A DNA stretch of 38,616 nt from Armatimonadota bacterium (GTDB lineage: Bacteria > Armatimonadota > UBA5829 > DTLH01): NCBI GenBank assembly GCA_038207085.1, contig JBBRAE010000026.1, positions 1 through 38,616 of the forward strand, written 5' to 3'. Positions 37,801 to 38,616 of this stretch are shown in pieces. A program made the translations under genes and the position numbers. The notes beneath the pieces were generated by a model, which was given only the letters and a program-made list of their open reading frames with translations, had not been told where the DNA came from and made no database searches. Within the stretch, counting starts at the first letter, position 1. Every line of letters starts with the position of its first letter.

Positions 37801-38424
37801 CTGAAAATCGCGCTCCGCGACCTTGAGATCAGGGGCGCAGGGAACCTCTTGGGCTCAGAGCAGCACGGTCAAATCGCCCAGGTCGGATTCGATTTCTACT
37901 GCCAGATGCTCTCTCAAGCCGTGTCCGAGCTTAAGGGCGAGGAGACAAAAGAGGTCGAGCTTCCGCCGGTCGATCTGCCCGTCGACGCGTTTCTCCCCGA
38001 GGACTACGTCAAAACCGAGGCCCAGCGCATATTCTTTTACAAGAAGATGGCCGCCGCAAAGACCGAGCGCGAGGTCCGCCAGATCCAGGAGGAGCTCGAG
38101 GACCGCTTCGGCGACCCGCTGCGCCAGGTCTGGAACATGCTCGCCCTGATTCGCCTCCGAATAAGATGCTCAGAGCTCAATATCAGGTCGATTACAACTG
38201 AAGGCCGCCAGATAGTGATCCGCCTTGCCGAGGGCTACCGCATCCATCCCGATGTGCAGAAGGAGTTCGCCAAGCAGTACAAGCGCCACTGGTTCCAAGC
38301 CGACCTGCTGCGTCTGAACCCCGACTCCCCGCGCATCATTACTTTGGTGGAGGACATGGTCGAAGTCGCGGCGAAGGCTCTAAAAGCAAGCGAGAAAAAA
38401 CACGCCGCACGCGGGATGAGGTGA
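34891..38424 (+). CDS. mfd: Transcription-repair coupling factor
   Basis: UvrB-like N-terminus (GEFSLRGGIIDVY), CarD/RID (GDYVVH..HGIG), GDVGYGKT, DEEQRFG, QLRGRVGR, RDLEIRGAGNLLG, TRCF C-terminus; GAGGA RBS before ATG at 34891. Confidence 0.98.
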   Translation: MYLSALPKLNSELGQMREALAAISKKAGKFHLDGLTGTAKSFFLAGLLRESGRSGLVVTYSSEQADRIAEDLCQFGFADDEVFVLPPSDAIIYEEGAPDFRVVGQRLAAMDALLSGKPVVVVAPVNGALRLTMPRNTLEPSKLTIEVGHTLDTDDFARTLVALGYERTEICEVHGEFSLRGGIIDVYPSSEDEPVRIDMFGDEIESIRTFDSNSQRSHGHNKSVKILPAREVILTTERAQAAEPILRAEMADQVAGMREAGQDEEAEKLSDKIESDISRILDLVYFDGIEEYLPYLHPEGSSILDYLPASAIVVVDEPLQIEGHWNELQEEMIEVLVNRAKRGLLLASTRKQHVDLDAAMKRIERNWSALYLTTLDRAIPYAEGAPKAHIESSSMESFSGRFDALVEQVKTWTVNQSRVVIASNQRERLIELLIEHDVSTRSTEELETGAPVGVYVAGSNLRTGFKLPEIGLMVLSDAEVFGVTRTRRPRRVSKEGVPISTILDLKEGDYVVHVSHGIGLFRGIERLETNGVARDYLWLEYSGGDRIFVPTEQIDRVQKYIGSEGNAPSVHKLGGGEWLRTTKRVKASVREMAKDLIELYAWRESITGHAYNEDTPWQQEMESAFPFEETPDQLQAIEEIKGDLEKPKPMDRLLCGDVGYGKTEVAIRAAFKVVSDGKQVAVLAPTTVLAQQHLNTFRERLGAFPIEVDMLSRFKSRKEQKQVIEGVKLGTVDIVVGTHRLLSKDIEFKDLGLIIVDEEQRFGVGHKEKLKQLKKTVDALTMTATPIPRTLHMSLAGIRDMSVINDPPNGRTPIKTFVKEYDDEIVREAIVRELDRGGQIYFIHNRVENIAHIAAHVAKLVPHARVEIGHGQMSDDDLERVMVEFYDRQFDVLVCTTIVESGLDIPNVNTIIINNADKMGLAQLYQLRGRVGRADRQAYAYLMYRRDEALTEIAEKRLEAIREFTDLGSGLKIALRDLEIRGAGNLLGSEQHGQIAQVGFDFYCQMLSQAVSELKGEETKEVELPPVDLPVDAFLPEDYVKTEAQRIFFYKKMAAAKTEREVRQIQEELEDRFGDPLRQVWNMLALIRLRIRCSELNIRSITTEGRQIVIRLAEGYRIHPDVQKEFAKQYKRHWFQADLLRLNPDSPRIITLVEDMVEVAAKALKASEKKHAARGMR

Positions 38425-38449
38425 TCTCTAGTAGATACAGCAAAACCCC

Positions 38450-38475
38450 GTAGGGGCGGACCAATGTGTCCGCCA
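38450..38475 (+). repeat. GTAG-type REP hairpin, copy 3
   Basis: GTAGGGGCGGACCAATGTGTCCGCCA, about 40 nt upstream of the RAYT-like start. Confidence 0.9.
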
Positions 38476-38516
38476 TCTTCCGGCATCCAACAATTTCGGG
38501 TAGAAGGGTGTCCATT

Positions 38517-38616
38517 ATGGATGATTACGATCCGAATATCCATCACCGGCGTACCATCCGCCTGAAGGAATACGACTACTCAACGTCAGGCGCATATTTC
38601 GTGACTATTTGCACCA
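38517..38616 (+). CDS. REP-associated tyrosine (Y1/HUH, IS200-like) transposase, N-terminus, cut by the window edge
   Basis: MDDYDPNIHHRRTIRLKEYDYSTSGAYFVTICT matches the characteristic HRRSIRL..YDYS..GAYFVTICT N-terminus; adjacent REP. Confidence 0.88.
   Translation, partial: MDDYDPNIHHRRTIRLKEYDYSTSGAYFVTICT

Noticed and set aside
19090..38424. radA, Lon-like protease, WYL and mfd as a DNA-repair island
   Set aside because: The genes are separated by unrelated glycosidases, lie on different strands and share no upstream motif that I could see.

Overview
High-GC bacterial chromosomal window. The PEP-CTERM tag, glycoside hydrolases and URO-D-family gene fit an Armatimonadota-like organism, but the sequence does not prove this. 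The backbone is housekeeping and repair genes (PrsA-like PPIase, radA, mfd, LonC-type protease, stand-alone LigD phosphoesterase, HTH-WYL regulator, LemA/DUF2207) plus carbohydrate-active enzymes (GH3, GH78, GH2, GH151-like, SASA esterase). The more unusual content is accessory or intergenic. (1) A family of tiny hairpin elements (73-bp doublet, 33-bp singlet) is flanked by duplicated CTAG/CTAA; one copy clearly splits a PEP-CTERM sorting signal and another has both hairpin loops flipped. (2) An AT-richer, tightly packed three-gene module before mfd looks like a tripartite toxin/antitoxin/accessory system with a MazF/PemK-like last gene. (3) A consensus sigma54 promoter is followed about 110 nt later by a terminator with no credible CDS between them, suggesting an sRNA. 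(4) Three GTAG-type REP hairpins occur, with the start of a RAYT-like transposase at the right edge. (5) A clostripain-family lipoprotein has Ser at the catalytic Cys position. (6) Several gene remnants are present (HicA, BrnA-like, PA14, a duplicated oxidoreductase 3' end). All protein calls come from motif recognition by eye; no searches were run.
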